Shown: one piece after another, positions 48,605 to 58,544 of the stretch
Layout of the letters: each line of letters starts with the position of its first letter
Position numbering within the stretch: the stretch's first letter is position 1
Source of the DNA: an uncultured Desulfobacter sp.
Lineage (GTDB): Bacteria; Desulfobacterota; Desulfobacteria; Desulfobacterales; Desulfobacteraceae
Length of the DNA stretch: 64,000 nt
Reading direction: 5' to 3'
Assembly: GCA_963665095.1 (NCBI GenBank)
Contig: OY762069.1
Coordinates: forward strand, 2,976,001 to 3,040,000
Notes under the pieces: model-generated
The model's input: only the letters and a program-made list of their open reading frames with translations
Databases searched by the model: none
What the model was told of the DNA's origin: nothing
Program-made: the position numbers and the translations under genes

Positions 48605-49487
48605 TTTTTCAGATAAGACCATTTTGGTGGTGGATGACACAGAAAGCAACCTTGATATGGTTCTGGCAATTCTCCAGGATTTCGATGTCATCCCCTGTAC
48701 CTCAGGCGTTGATGCTCTGGAAATGGTTAAAGAAGAGGATATCAACCTGATCCTGCTGGATATTCTCATGCCTGAGTTGGATGGATACAGCGTATGTTCA
48801 ACGCTGAAATCAGATCCTGAAACCCAGGAGATTCCCATTATCTTCATTACTGCCAAGACCGATGAAGAGAGCATTGAAAAAGCCTATGAGATAGGTGGTG
48901 CCGATTATGTCACCAAGCCTTTCAAACCTAAGGAACTGCTGGCCCGGGTCCGTGTGCAGCTGCAGTTGCAGAATGTGATTCGGGAACTGGACCTTCTGGC
49001 CACCCGGGATGTTCTCACCGGCATATTTAATCGACGAAAATTCTTTGAACTGGGTAAAAACATGTTTGAGTCGTCCGGCGAAAATCTCTACGCCCTGATG
49101 ATTGACATTGACCATTTCAAAAAGGTCAATGACCGGTACGGCCATGATGTCGGCGACATTGTTTTAAGAAAGGTCTCCGATGTTATCGGCAAAACCCTGC
49201 CCGAGGATGCTGTATTCGGACGTATGGGCGGAGAGGAGTTTTCCGTGATGTTTGTCTCTGAAACCCATAATCAGGCCATGGATATTGTGTCTGATATTCT
49301 GAAAAATGTGGCCCAGGCCCAGATTCCGTTAAAGGACGGCACCACCATCTCCTGTACGATCTCCATTGGGATCGGGCGAAAATATCCTGAATTCCCAACC
49401 CTGGACAGCCTTTTAAAAGAGGCGGACATGACCCTTTATGAAGCCAAGGAGAGCGGCAGGAATACCAGCATTTTCAGGGACCGGTAG
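48597..49487 (+). CDS. Response-regulator diguanylate cyclase (REC-GGDEF)
   Basis: ILVVDD, LLDILMP, KPF, DIDHFKKVNDRYGH and RMGGEEF motifs; overlaps the kinase gene. Confidence 0.92.
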   Translation: MDDFSDKTILVVDDTESNLDMVLAILQDFDVIPCTSGVDALEMVKEEDINLILLDILMPELDGYSVCSTLKSDPETQEIPIIFITAKTDEESIEKAYEIGGADYVTKPFKPKELLARVRVQLQLQNVIRELDLLATRDVLTGIFNRRKFFELGKNMFESSGENLYALMIDIDHFKKVNDRYGHDVGDIVLRKVSDVIGKTLPEDAVFGRMGGEEFSVMFVSETHNQAMDIVSDILKNVAQAQIPLKDGTTISCTISIGIGRKYPEFPTLDSLLKEADMTLYEAKESGRNTSIFRDR

Positions 49488-49615
49488 AGAATCGGTGTTC
49501 ACAAATTCGCAGCCGTTTTTCATTGAGGAATCGCCCTGCGGATAAATCGCTTATTCTATCCGGACCTCGCCGGGGGAACGGCCGTGAAGAAGCCCTTTTT
49601 AATAAAAAAAATAAT

Positions 49616-51083
49616 GTAACTATTCAGCAAAAAAAACGCATTTGATGTCATTTTTCCCTTGACAGGGGTTTTGGCGAAAAATTTGAATTTTAGGTTTCAT
49701 ATACAAAACCCTTTATTGGGGAGGGTTATAGCGGATATCATTAGATCCACTGGTTTTTAGCCGACAGATGAATGGCAGGCCATATCCTTCATCAGACCCC
49801 AACCGAGAAAAGAAAAAGAAGAAACCTGGCGCCCGTAAACCCGGAGGACAAAACGGACATGTTGGAACCACCCTTCGAAAATTTGATACCCCTGATCAAA
49901 TCGAGAATATCCCTGTAGACAGAAAAAAACTTCCAAAGGGGAAATACAAAGATATCGGGTACGAATCCAGACAGGTTGTCGATATTGAGATCTCACGGGT
50001 TGTCACCGAATACCGGGCTCAGATTCTTGAAGATACCAAAGGGAAACGATACACAGATCCCTTTCCCGAAGGGATTAATCGTCCGGTACAATATGGCATT
50101 GATGTAAAAGTACATTCCGTGTATATGTCGCAATATCAGTTGGTGCCGTATAAGCGAATTGAAGAGGACTTTCAGGATCAGGTAAAAATTCCGATCAGCG
50201 CAGGGACGGTTTTCAACTTCAACTATGATGCCTATCATAAACTTGAGGCTTTTGAAGCCATGGTTAAATCAAAATTGATTGCGTCCGGCCTTTGTCATGC
50301 AGATGAGACCGGTATCAATATCAATGGGAAACGGGTTTGGCTGCATTGTGTATCCAATCCTTTATGGAGTTATTATCTTCCCCATGAAAAAAGAGGTTTA
50401 GAGGCCATGGAAGCGATGGGAATATTGCCTCATTTCAACGGGGTCCTCTGTCATGATCACTGGAAACCGTATTTCAGGTTTGACTGCCAGCATGCCCTGT
50501 GTAATGCCCATCACCTCAGGGAGCTTGAAAGGGCCTGGGATCAGGACAACCAGGAATGGGCCAGGGATATAAGAGATCTCTTATTGCAGATTAATCAAGC
50601 GGTAGATGATGCCGGAGGGCAACTGGAAACGGCAGAATCCCGGAAATATCGACAACAATACCGGGACCGGCTGGACAAGGCCCAGATTGAATGCCCGCCT
50701 CCCGATGAAAGCAAAAGAAAAAACAAGCGGGGCCGAACAAAACGATCCAAAGCAAGAAATCTTCTGGAGCGGTTGATTGATTATGAAACAGAAACCCTCC
50801 GCTTTATGGATGACGAGCATGTCCCCTTTACCAATAACCTGGGCGAAAACGACATCAGGATGACAAAAGTTCAGCAAAAAATATCCGGCTGTTTTCGTTC
50901 AACAGAGGGCGCTGCAATTTTTTGTCGAATTCGCAGTTATCTGTCAACGTGTAAAAAACATGGAATGAGAGCAACTGAGGCGTTGCGGATTTTATTTGAA
51001 GGCCGCCTGCCGGATTTTCTACATGAGTGATTCCGAGGTACCTCAAGATAGTATAATCTTGTTCAGGGGAGCTGAATAGTTAA
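49616..51083 (+). mobile_element. IS66 family insertion sequence (single-ORF type)
   Basis: Terminal inverted repeats GTAACTATTCAGC (49616-49628) and GCTGAATAGTTAA (51071-51083, last base mismatched) flank the transposase. The flanks do not form a target duplication. Confidence 0.85.
49768..51030 (+). CDS. IS66 family transposase (N-terminus possibly truncated)
   Basis: PSSDPNR, KPGGQ.GH.G, HADETG, CHDHW, CNAHHLREL and PFTNN..E.DIR..K..QKISG motifs. Confidence 0.9.
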   Translation: MNGRPYPSSDPNREKKKKKPGARKPGGQNGHVGTTLRKFDTPDQIENIPVDRKKLPKGKYKDIGYESRQVVDIEISRVVTEYRAQILEDTKGKRYTDPFPEGINRPVQYGIDVKVHSVYMSQYQLVPYKRIEEDFQDQVKIPISAGTVFNFNYDAYHKLEAFEAMVKSKLIASGLCHADETGININGKRVWLHCVSNPLWSYYLPHEKRGLEAMEAMGILPHFNGVLCHDHWKPYFRFDCQHALCNAHHLRELERAWDQDNQEWARDIRDLLLQINQAVDDAGGQLETAESRKYRQQYRDRLDKAQIECPPPDESKRKNKRGRTKRSKARNLLERLIDYETETLRFMDDEHVPFTNNLGENDIRMTKVQQKISGCFRSTEGAAIFCRIRSYLSTCKKHGMRATEALRILFEGRLPDFLHE

Positions 51084-51672
51084 TAGAGAAGCTTGTTGAG
51101 CCATATTCAAGTGGAGATCTAATGTACCGTTGCGATGGACTTGTAAAAGCACATACAATTTGTCTGATGAATTAAAAAATCAGGGCTATCCCGTGTCGCC
51201 AACAAGCGTACGAGCCCTGCTCAAAAATTTAGGATATAGCCTCCAAAGCAACCAAAAACGTTTTGAGGGGAGCCAGCATCCAGATAGGAATTCTTAGTTT
51301 GAATATATTGCAACAGCAACTGAAGAATTTCAAGATCGTGGTTGCCCTGTGATCTCTGTGGATGCCAAGAAAAAGGAACTAGTTGGAAACTTTGCAGACA
51401 AAGGGCGTGAATGGCAAAAGGCAAAACATCCGTTGGAAGTGGAGGCGTATGATTTTATCGACAAGGAACTGGGAAAAGTAACGCCATACGGAGCATACGA
51501 TATCACCCACAATTTGGGCTGGGTTAATGTGGGGACTGATAATGACACTGCTCAATTTGCGGTCAGAAGTATTCAGCGATGGTGGGAAGAGTTAGGTGAG
51601 CGTATGTATCCCGATGCTGAAGAAATACTGATTATGGCTGACGGAGGTGGTAGTAACGGATGGCGGAATCGC
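51084..51672 (+). pseudogene. ISAzo13 family transposase internal fragment
   Basis: Translates PLRWTCKST..L..EL...LGYSLQSNQK..EG..HPDRN*F, then ISVDAKKKELVGNF, PYGAYDI..N.GWVNVG and ADGGGSNG. It has a frameshift and an internal stop and is cut at both ends. Confidence 0.85.
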
Positions 51673-51838
51673 TGTCAATTCAACGGGCTGATTTTCACGG
51701 CGAGTGGAATTATTTGATTGCGCCAAGAAGAAGTTGATTAGATTATTTTTTGCGTAAACCCTAAGTAACATAATATTTTCGATATCGATTTTGAGATGAA
51801 CAGGGTCGGGATATTTTTGTTTTTATTGGGAATCAACT

Positions 51839-52951
51839 TTATTTTGACTCCAGGTTGATGAACAGGGCCATGATAATGCAGCCTATAACAAAAAAAAGCG
51901 CTCCCGCCACCAGAGGATCTTCCCTGCCCGGCAGAATATTGATATTGGTCTGGACAGATACATTTTCAAGGCAGGCAATCACGCCCGCCTCTTTGACATA
52001 CTGGTGCGCCATGACAATGGTCTTTTTAAAGGGCCACAGTGCATACAAAGACCCTGCCATCAGACCGCCTAAAAAGGCCATGGTGGCATTATAATACCGC
52101 GAGAGGACAAAACTGACCAGCCGGGCAAACAACAGCCCGCCAAATCCGACGCCAAGTCCAAAGACGCCCAAAAATATCAGGGTTTCGGGATGAAATGATT
52201 TTAAATCGGAGATTGCCGAGATCACATCAAAGTAAGCCCCCATTAAAATCAGGACCAGCGAGCCGGAAACCCCTGGCAGCACAGTAGCGGAAATGGCCAG
52301 GGCTCCGCAAAGGGCAATATAAAAATAATCTCCGGGAGAGTACCCGCCGGCAGCAGGGGTACCATCCTGCCCCGGATCCGGAACAGTGCTGACATATTGA
52401 TCGGCCTGAGCCTGATACGCCGTCCCAAGAAAATCCGACTTCATTTTGATTTTGTCATAGGGGTTGACCATGGCGGATACCCATACCGTCAGCCCGATGC
52501 CTGCCATCATGAAAACAAGGGCCCATAAATCAAACCGCTTGAGCAGCTTAAACGGGATAATAATGGAAACCAGGATCAGTCCGAAAAACAAAGAATATGT
52601 CACGGAAAAGTGCTGGAGTAACAGGAATTTCATCAAACTGGACAGGGCAAAAATCGCCACCACCGTTCCTGCAGCCAGTTTAAACAGAAAAATAAAGCCG
52701 GTATCCGTTAAAAATACAAACAGTTCCCGCCCCCCTTTGATCGGGTGGGCAGAACAGGCAAGGGCAAGTTTCAGGCAACGGAGACTAAAAGGCTTATTGA
52801 TCTGGTTTAAAATGGAAAATACCCGTTCATATATCCCGAAAACCAGTAAAAATGTCCCACCGGAAACACCGGGAATAATATTGGCAACACCTAGGCAGAA
52901 ACCCATGAGCAATTCTTTGATGGTTGAGTTCACAGAAGAGGAAGATGACAT
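51839..52951 (-). CDS. DUF368 family membrane protein (putative undecaprenyl-phosphate translocase)
   Basis: GVANIIPGVSGGT and second-repeat ATVLPGVSGSL motifs; multi-TM. Confidence 0.88.
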   Translation of the reverse strand: MSSSSSVNSTIKELLMGFCLGVANIIPGVSGGTFLLVFGIYERVFSILNQINKPFSLRCLKLALACSAHPIKGGRELFVFLTDTGFIFLFKLAAGTVVAIFALSSLMKFLLLQHFSVTYSLFFGLILVSIIIPFKLLKRFDLWALVFMMAGIGLTVWVSAMVNPYDKIKMKSDFLGTAYQAQADQYVSTVPDPGQDGTPAAGGYSPGDYFYIALCGALAISATVLPGVSGSLVLILMGAYFDVISAISDLKSFHPETLIFLGVFGLGVGFGGLLFARLVSFVLSRYYNATMAFLGGLMAGSLYALWPFKKTIVMAHQYVKEAGVIACLENVSVQTNINILPGREDPLVAGALFFVIGCIIMALFINLESK

Positions 52952-53013
52952 AAGAATATACCTATATTTGCAAATTGATTAATCCATATTCTAAGAGGCA
53001 TTAAGAAATTTAA

Positions 53014-53670
53014 TCAGGCCGGCCACCCGTGCTCGCCAATGAGTTTAACAAAACGACAGCCACCCAGATTAACTGTTTTTATACCGGTGGCGGTTTTCTC
53101 AATGCGCAGCAGCTCCTGGGAATGAAGGCCACCCACCGGCATCACAAGACGTCCGCCTTCGGCCAGTTGATTTACCAAAGGCTCAGGCACCTGGTTGCCG
53201 CCGGCAGTTACCATTATGGCATCAAAAGGACTTTCAGATTTCCACCCCTGGGTACCGTCGGAATATCTGGTAACAATATTGTGATACCTTAAGTGGTCAA
53301 ACAGCTTCCGGCTCTGCAGGTACAACGCATTGTTCCGCTCAATGGTATAGACCTTATATACAATCCGTGACAGCACCGCTGCCTGGTATCCCGATCCGGT
53401 GCCGATTTCCAGCACCCGTTCCGATCCGGTCAGGTTCAGGCTCTGGGTCATTTCTGCAATAATAAAGGGCTGGGAAATAGTCTGCCCTTCTCCGATGGGC
53501 AGCGGGAAATCCCCATAGGCACTGTCCACCAGGGCTTCACTGACAAAAAGGTGCCGGGGCACCTCCTTCATGGCCTGAATTACCAGGGGAGCACTGACGC
53601 CCCTGGCAACAATCTGTTTTTCCACCATCTCATGGCGCCACCGGGAAAATTTTTTGGGTTGGTCGATCAT
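53014..53670 (-). CDS. pcm: Protein-L-isoaspartate(D-aspartate) O-methyltransferase
   Basis: VPRHLFV, AY.D.PLPIG.GQTISQP, VLEIGTGSGYQAA and PFDAIMVTA motifs. An alternative start lies at 53694. Confidence 0.93.
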   Translation of the reverse strand: MIDQPKKFSRWRHEMVEKQIVARGVSAPLVIQAMKEVPRHLFVSEALVDSAYGDFPLPIGEGQTISQPFIIAEMTQSLNLTGSERVLEIGTGSGYQAAVLSRIVYKVYTIERNNALYLQSRKLFDHLRYHNIVTRYSDGTQGWKSESPFDAIMVTAGGNQVPEPLVNQLAEGGRLVMPVGGLHSQELLRIEKTATGIKTVNLGGCRFVKLIGEHGWPA

Positions 53671-53809
53671 GCTTTTTAATACCAGTAAGTGCATGGACCG
53701 TCAAGCATTAGAAATCGTTTAAAACCCTGTCCAGCAGGCGATTGCGATAATTATACTCATTTATATCTTTCCCTTGCATTTCTTTTGAAGTAAACGTAAG
53801 TAATAGGCC

Positions 53810-54811
53810 ATGAATAAAATGCTGAAAATGGAAATGACAGTCTTTGTCGCGGTGCTGGTTTTTGTCATTGGCACGGTGGGCTACATGGCCATTGAAGGAT
53901 GGGGTGTACTTGATTCCGCCTATATGACGGCCATCACCTTAAGTACGGTGGGGTTTCTGGAAGTCCATGATCTTTCAGATGCAGGACGGTTGTTCACCAT
54001 TATCATGATATTTACGGGTGTCGGGTACTTTCTGTACCTTGGCGGTGTCCTCATCGGTTCGGTGGTGGAAGGGGAAATCAAAAGCATACTGGGGAGGCAG
54101 CGTTTGGATAATAGAATCAGAAAAATGAAAGACCATTACATTGTATGCGGGTATGGTCGCATCGGCAGGGTCCTGTGCCAGTTTGTCTCCGAAGACACCA
54201 AGGAGATTGTAGTAGTTGAGCAAAGCGAAGAACTTAAAGGTGCTCTGGAAAAGGATAAAATCCATTATATTCTTGGGGATGCATCAGATGAGGAGGTGCT
54301 CGAAAAAGCCGGTATAGAGAGGGCCAGGGCCTTGGTGGCAGCCCTTGCAACGGATACGGCAAATGTATTCCTGGTGCTGACTGCCCGACAGCTCAATCCT
54401 GATATATATATCATGGCCCGGGCATCGAGTCCCCTGGTTCGAAAAAAACTCATTGTAGCCGGTGCCAATCAGGTGGAATCCCCCTATGACATTGGGGCGG
54501 TTTCCATGGGATTGAAACTGTTGCGCCCCACTGTTTCCAGTTTCCTGAACACAGCCTTGTCACGGCAGAGCAACGCCATCCAGATTGAAGAAGCCTTTGT
54601 GCCTGAAATTTCAGATTATGCCGGCAAAACGCTTAAAGACTCAGGAATTCGTCAGGATTTTAATTTAATTATTATCGCTATTAAGGAACGCTCGGGTCAT
54701 ATGGAATTTGCACCGCATTTTGAAACCATCATCCACCCGGGCGATACCCTGATTGTCATGGGAAAGACAGAGGATTTGAAAGGCTTCAGGCGTATCCTCG
54801 GAAATATTTAG
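53810..54811 (+). CDS. Potassium channel protein (2TM pore + RCK/TrkA-N and TrkA-C domains)
   Basis: Pore motif TLSTVGF; HYIVCGYGRIG Rossmann motif; C-terminal TrkA-C domain. Confidence 0.9.
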   Translation: MNKMLKMEMTVFVAVLVFVIGTVGYMAIEGWGVLDSAYMTAITLSTVGFLEVHDLSDAGRLFTIIMIFTGVGYFLYLGGVLIGSVVEGEIKSILGRQRLDNRIRKMKDHYIVCGYGRIGRVLCQFVSEDTKEIVVVEQSEELKGALEKDKIHYILGDASDEEVLEKAGIERARALVAALATDTANVFLVLTARQLNPDIYIMARASSPLVRKKLIVAGANQVESPYDIGAVSMGLKLLRPTVSSFLNTALSRQSNAIQIEEAFVPEISDYAGKTLKDSGIRQDFNLIIIAIKERSGHMEFAPHFETIIHPGDTLIVMGKTEDLKGFRRILGNI

Positions 54812-54874
54812 TGTTTGACTGAAACGTCTTCACCAGCAGCAACGCAACCGGCAGAAGACTTTTCAGTCAAACAC
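54811..54874. repeat. Long hairpin between convergent genes (terminator or MITE-like)
   Basis: GTGTTTGACTGAAA..GTCTTC pairs with GAAGAC..TTTCAGTCAAACAC, followed by a T run. Confidence 0.6.
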
Positions 54875-55010
54875 GTTTTTTGTTCAGGCAATATTCCGTT
54901 ATGAGGCCCGCCGGTGGTGACTGGGAAAGCCTTTGATACGCCTTGTATATGAGCCAAAGCTCTGCGTAATTTTTGTTCAACTTATTTAATTCCCGATTTT
55001 AACCGGGTTA

Positions 55011-55598
55011 CTATATTTTATATATCACCCGGGTATCAGTGATAATAATATCCACGGTAAATTTTCTGGATTCCATCTGAATCTGGTCCACAATCTGATC
55101 TTCATAGGCAAGAGAGACCTTGCGGCAGGTTTCCGGCAATTTTGTAATCAGTTTTGAATAATAATTATTCCCAAACCCCATGCGGCCGCCCTTATCATCA
55201 AAGGCCAGTCCCGGGATAATGGCAATATCCACATCATCGAGAGCGATTTTCTTGCAGCGCTCGGGATTGGGTTCAAGCATCTCATTGGCATTGAGAATCA
55301 GATCTTTGTCGTAATCAGTTATTTTATATAAAAGAAATGTATTTTTAACGTCGGTGAATACGGGCAGGATTACATTTTTTTCTATCTCCAGCGCTTTGCG
55401 TATGATCGTCTCAGTGGGAATTTCCTTGCTTCCGGGTGGATACAGGAAAACCTGCTGAGATTCTAGAAAATTTGCAAATTCAAACAATTTGTTTTCAATA
55501 ATATCATATTTCGCTTTAAGCTGTTCCGGGGAGAGCGCCTCCATCCGCTGTGCAACCAGACTTAACACGCTGCTTTTAGCACCTTTGGTTTCATCCAT
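55011..55598 (-). CDS. 5-formyltetrahydrofolate cyclo-ligase
   Basis: EIPT, LP, EP, and IIPGLAFD..GGRMGFG..YY motifs; ATG 55598. Confidence 0.88.
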   Translation of the reverse strand: MDETKGAKSSVLSLVAQRMEALSPEQLKAKYDIIENKLFEFANFLESQQVFLYPPGSKEIPTETIIRKALEIEKNVILPVFTDVKNTFLLYKITDYDKDLILNANEMLEPNPERCKKIALDDVDIAIIPGLAFDDKGGRMGFGNNYYSKLITKLPETCRKVSLAYEDQIVDQIQMESRKFTVDIIITDTRVIYKI

Positions 55599-55777
55599 AA
55601 TAATATTCCTTAATTTTGCGCAAAAAAGTTTTTGAGAAATATTATACACTGTTGCCTAATTGTCAACTGCCAATAATCGTTGACTGTTTACATGGCCCGT
55701 GTTATCTGAATATAATAGTGAAAATTATTATAACACCCACATTTCAACCCAATTAATCTTGCAGGACAAAATCAAAA

Positions 55778-57058
55778 ATGCTGGATATCAAACTGATCAA
55801 AAATGACCTGGACACGGTTGTCCAGGGGATGAAAAAACGCGGGGCGGACATTGACTTCACCCAGTTTCTGGAAAATGAGGAAAAAAGAAAAGCCCTTTTA
55901 CTTGATATTGAAGAGTTACGTCATCTGAGGAATACTGTCTCTGATGACATTGCCAAGATGAAAAAATCGGGCCAGGATGCCCAGCCAAGTATTGATAAAA
56001 TGAAAGGGGTCTCCGACAGAATCAAGACGCTTGACAAAGACCTTTCTGAGGTGGATTCCTGGATGAAAGCCTTTCTTATCAGTCTTCCCAACCTGCCCCA
56101 TGGGGATGTGCCAAAGGGGAAAGATGATACGGAAAACCGGCTTGAAAAAACCTGGGGAACTCCGAAAACATTTGATTTTCAAATAAAAGACCATGCAGAT
56201 ATTGCTGAAGATTTAGGCATTTTGAACCTTGGCTGTGCAGCAAAGCTGGCCGGGTCCAGGTTTCCGTTGTACCTTGGGGCTGGTGCCAGGCTGGAACGGG
56301 CTTTAATTAATTTCATGCTGGATATTCACATCAACGAACACGGGTATAAGGAGGTGCTGCCGCCCTTTATCGTAAACAGAGAGACCATGACCGGCACAGG
56401 CCAGCTGCCCAAATTTGAAGAGGACCTTTTCAAGCTGGAGGGCTGGGACTACTACCTGATCCCCACCTCCGAGGTACCCATGACAAACATTCCGGCCGGA
56501 GAAATTCTGAGCGAAGCCAAGCTGCCCATGAAGTTTACGGCCTTTACCCCCTGCTTCAGGTCTGAGGCCGGATCATACGGCAAGGATACCAAGGGGCTGA
56601 TCCGCCAGCACCAGTTCAACAAGGTGGAGATGGTGAAGATCACCTCCTGCGACACCTCTTTTGATGAGCTTGAATCGTTGCTGTCCAACGCGGAAGACAT
56701 TCTTCAGCGACTGGAGCTGCCTTACCAGGTGGTCACGTTGTGTACAGGCGACTTGGGTTTTTCCGCCACAAAAACCTATGACATAGAGGTATGGATGCCC
56801 GGCCAGAACAAATACCGGGAGATCTCATCCTGCTCCAACTGTCTTGATTTCCAGGCACGGCGGGCCAACATCCGGTTCAAACGGGAAAATGCAAAGAAGC
56901 CGGAATTCTGCCATACCCTGAACGGATCAGGACTGGCCGTGGGCAGAACCTTTGCCGCTATTCTTGAAAATTACCAGATGGCCGACGGCACGGTTAAAGT
57001 GCCTGGGGCTTTAGTGCCGTATATGGGAGGCCTGGAGGTCATTACACATGAAGCTTGA
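55778..57058 (+). CDS. serS: Serine--tRNA ligase
   Basis: MLDIKLI, GTGQLPKF, LIPTSEVP, FRSEAGSYG, RQHQFNKVE, EISSCSNC and TLNGSGLAVGR motifs. Confidence 0.97.
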   Translation: MLDIKLIKNDLDTVVQGMKKRGADIDFTQFLENEEKRKALLLDIEELRHLRNTVSDDIAKMKKSGQDAQPSIDKMKGVSDRIKTLDKDLSEVDSWMKAFLISLPNLPHGDVPKGKDDTENRLEKTWGTPKTFDFQIKDHADIAEDLGILNLGCAAKLAGSRFPLYLGAGARLERALINFMLDIHINEHGYKEVLPPFIVNRETMTGTGQLPKFEEDLFKLEGWDYYLIPTSEVPMTNIPAGEILSEAKLPMKFTAFTPCFRSEAGSYGKDTKGLIRQHQFNKVEMVKITSCDTSFDELESLLSNAEDILQRLELPYQVVTLCTGDLGFSATKTYDIEVWMPGQNKYREISSCSNCLDFQARRANIRFKRENAKKPEFCHTLNGSGLAVGRTFAAILENYQMADGTVKVPGALVPYMGGLEVITHEA

Positions 57059-58541
57059 TCTGTTCCCGGAAGAGTTAAGGCCCTATATCATCCCTGAACC
57101 TAAAGGGGAGCTTTATTATAAATGTCTTGGATGTGGTGCGGAATACGGCATTGATGAACTCTTGTATGTATGTCCTGCCTGCAACCAGGTCCTGCTCATC
57201 CATGACCGGAATAAAGACCGGCTCAACACCATTGAGGGAAAAACCTGGCAGAAAATTTTTGATTATCGCAAAATGCTCAAAATTCCCGCGTTGAAGGGAA
57301 TTTACCGGTACCATGAGTTCATTGGATCCTGTATCCCTTTGGAATCCATCATCTATCTTGGAGAAGGACACACCCCAGTGGTGGAGGCCAATGCCGTGCT
57401 CCAGGAAAAAACAGGGATGACGTTCTACTATAAAAACGACGGACAGAATCCCTCCGCCTCCTTCAAGGACAGGGGCATGGCATCGGCCCTGTCCAGCATC
57501 AAATATCTGATTGACCAGGGGCTTGTCTCTGAAGTGATCTCAGTATGCGCCTCCACCGGAGATACCTCAGCATCGGCCGCCCTTTATGCGTCATACCTGG
57601 GTGACCAGATAAAGTCAGCCGTGCTTCTTCCCCACAAAAAGGTCACCTCGGCCCAGCTTTCCCAGCCCTTGGGCAGCGGTGCCAGGGTGTTTGAAATTCC
57701 AGGGGTATTTGATGACTGTATGAAGATTGTGGAGCATCTGTCTTCCTGTTATCCGGTGGTACTGCTTAATTCCAAAAATGCCTGGCGGATCCTGGGTCAG
57801 GAATCTTACTCATATGAGATTGCTCAGGATTTTGACTGGGATATGGATAAAAAAGTGGTAATGGTACCCATTGGCAATGCCGGTAATATTTCAGCGGTGA
57901 TGAATGGGTTCTTAAAATTTTACAATGCCGGGATTATTGACAAACTGCCCAAAATTATTGGGGTTCAATCCGAGCATGCCGACCCGGTCTTTCAGTACTA
58001 TCTTGAACCGGATGTTGCAAAACGACAATTTATCCCGGTTCAGACCCGCCCCAGTGTAGCCCAGGCTGCCATGATCGGAAATCCGGTCTCCATGCCCCGG
58101 GTGATCCAGATTGCAAAAGAGTATGATGCAACCAGCGGCCACAGAAATGTTTTCGTGGTTCAGGTCAAAGAACAGCAGATCATGGACTGGCAGTTGATTG
58201 CCAACCAGAACGGCCATATCACCTGCACCCAGGGAGGGGAGTGTCTGGCAGGCATGGTCAATGCAAAACAACAGAACCTGGTGGATGACAATGAAACCGT
58301 TATCCTTGACGCCACGGCCCATGCCATTAAGTTCAGTGGTTTCCAGGAGCAGTATTACCAAGGAGCGCTTGTTGACGGATACGGCATTTCATCGGACAGC
58401 CATTTTATCAACCTGCCCGATTTTGTTTCGCCGGATGACCCCAAGCTTGTACCGTCCCAGGAACAACCGCTTGAACCGTCCCAGTTTCAGGAATTCGTCA
58501 AGGAAGTATCAACGAAAATCGCTACCCGTCTGGGATTGTGA
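57048..58541 (+). CDS. thrC: Threonine synthase
   Basis: LGEGHTP, NPSASFKDRG (PLP Lys), CASTGDTSAS, VPIGNAGNI and IGNPVS motifs. Confidence 0.9.
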   Translation: MKLDLFPEELRPYIIPEPKGELYYKCLGCGAEYGIDELLYVCPACNQVLLIHDRNKDRLNTIEGKTWQKIFDYRKMLKIPALKGIYRYHEFIGSCIPLESIIYLGEGHTPVVEANAVLQEKTGMTFYYKNDGQNPSASFKDRGMASALSSIKYLIDQGLVSEVISVCASTGDTSASAALYASYLGDQIKSAVLLPHKKVTSAQLSQPLGSGARVFEIPGVFDDCMKIVEHLSSCYPVVLLNSKNAWRILGQESYSYEIAQDFDWDMDKKVVMVPIGNAGNISAVMNGFLKFYNAGIIDKLPKIIGVQSEHADPVFQYYLEPDVAKRQFIPVQTRPSVAQAAMIGNPVSMPRVIQIAKEYDATSGHRNVFVVQVKEQQIMDWQLIANQNGHITCTQGGECLAGMVNAKQQNLVDDNETVILDATAHAIKFSGFQEQYYQGALVDGYGISSDSHFINLPDFVSPDDPKLVPSQEQPLEPSQFQEFVKEVSTKIATRLGL

Positions 58542-58544
58542 TCC

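Noticed and set aside
55599..55777. 6S RNA upstream of the 5-formyl-THF cyclo-ligase gene
   Set aside because: This linkage is common elsewhere, but here the 179-nt AT-rich gap must hold divergent promoters and shows no long rod-like self-complementarity.
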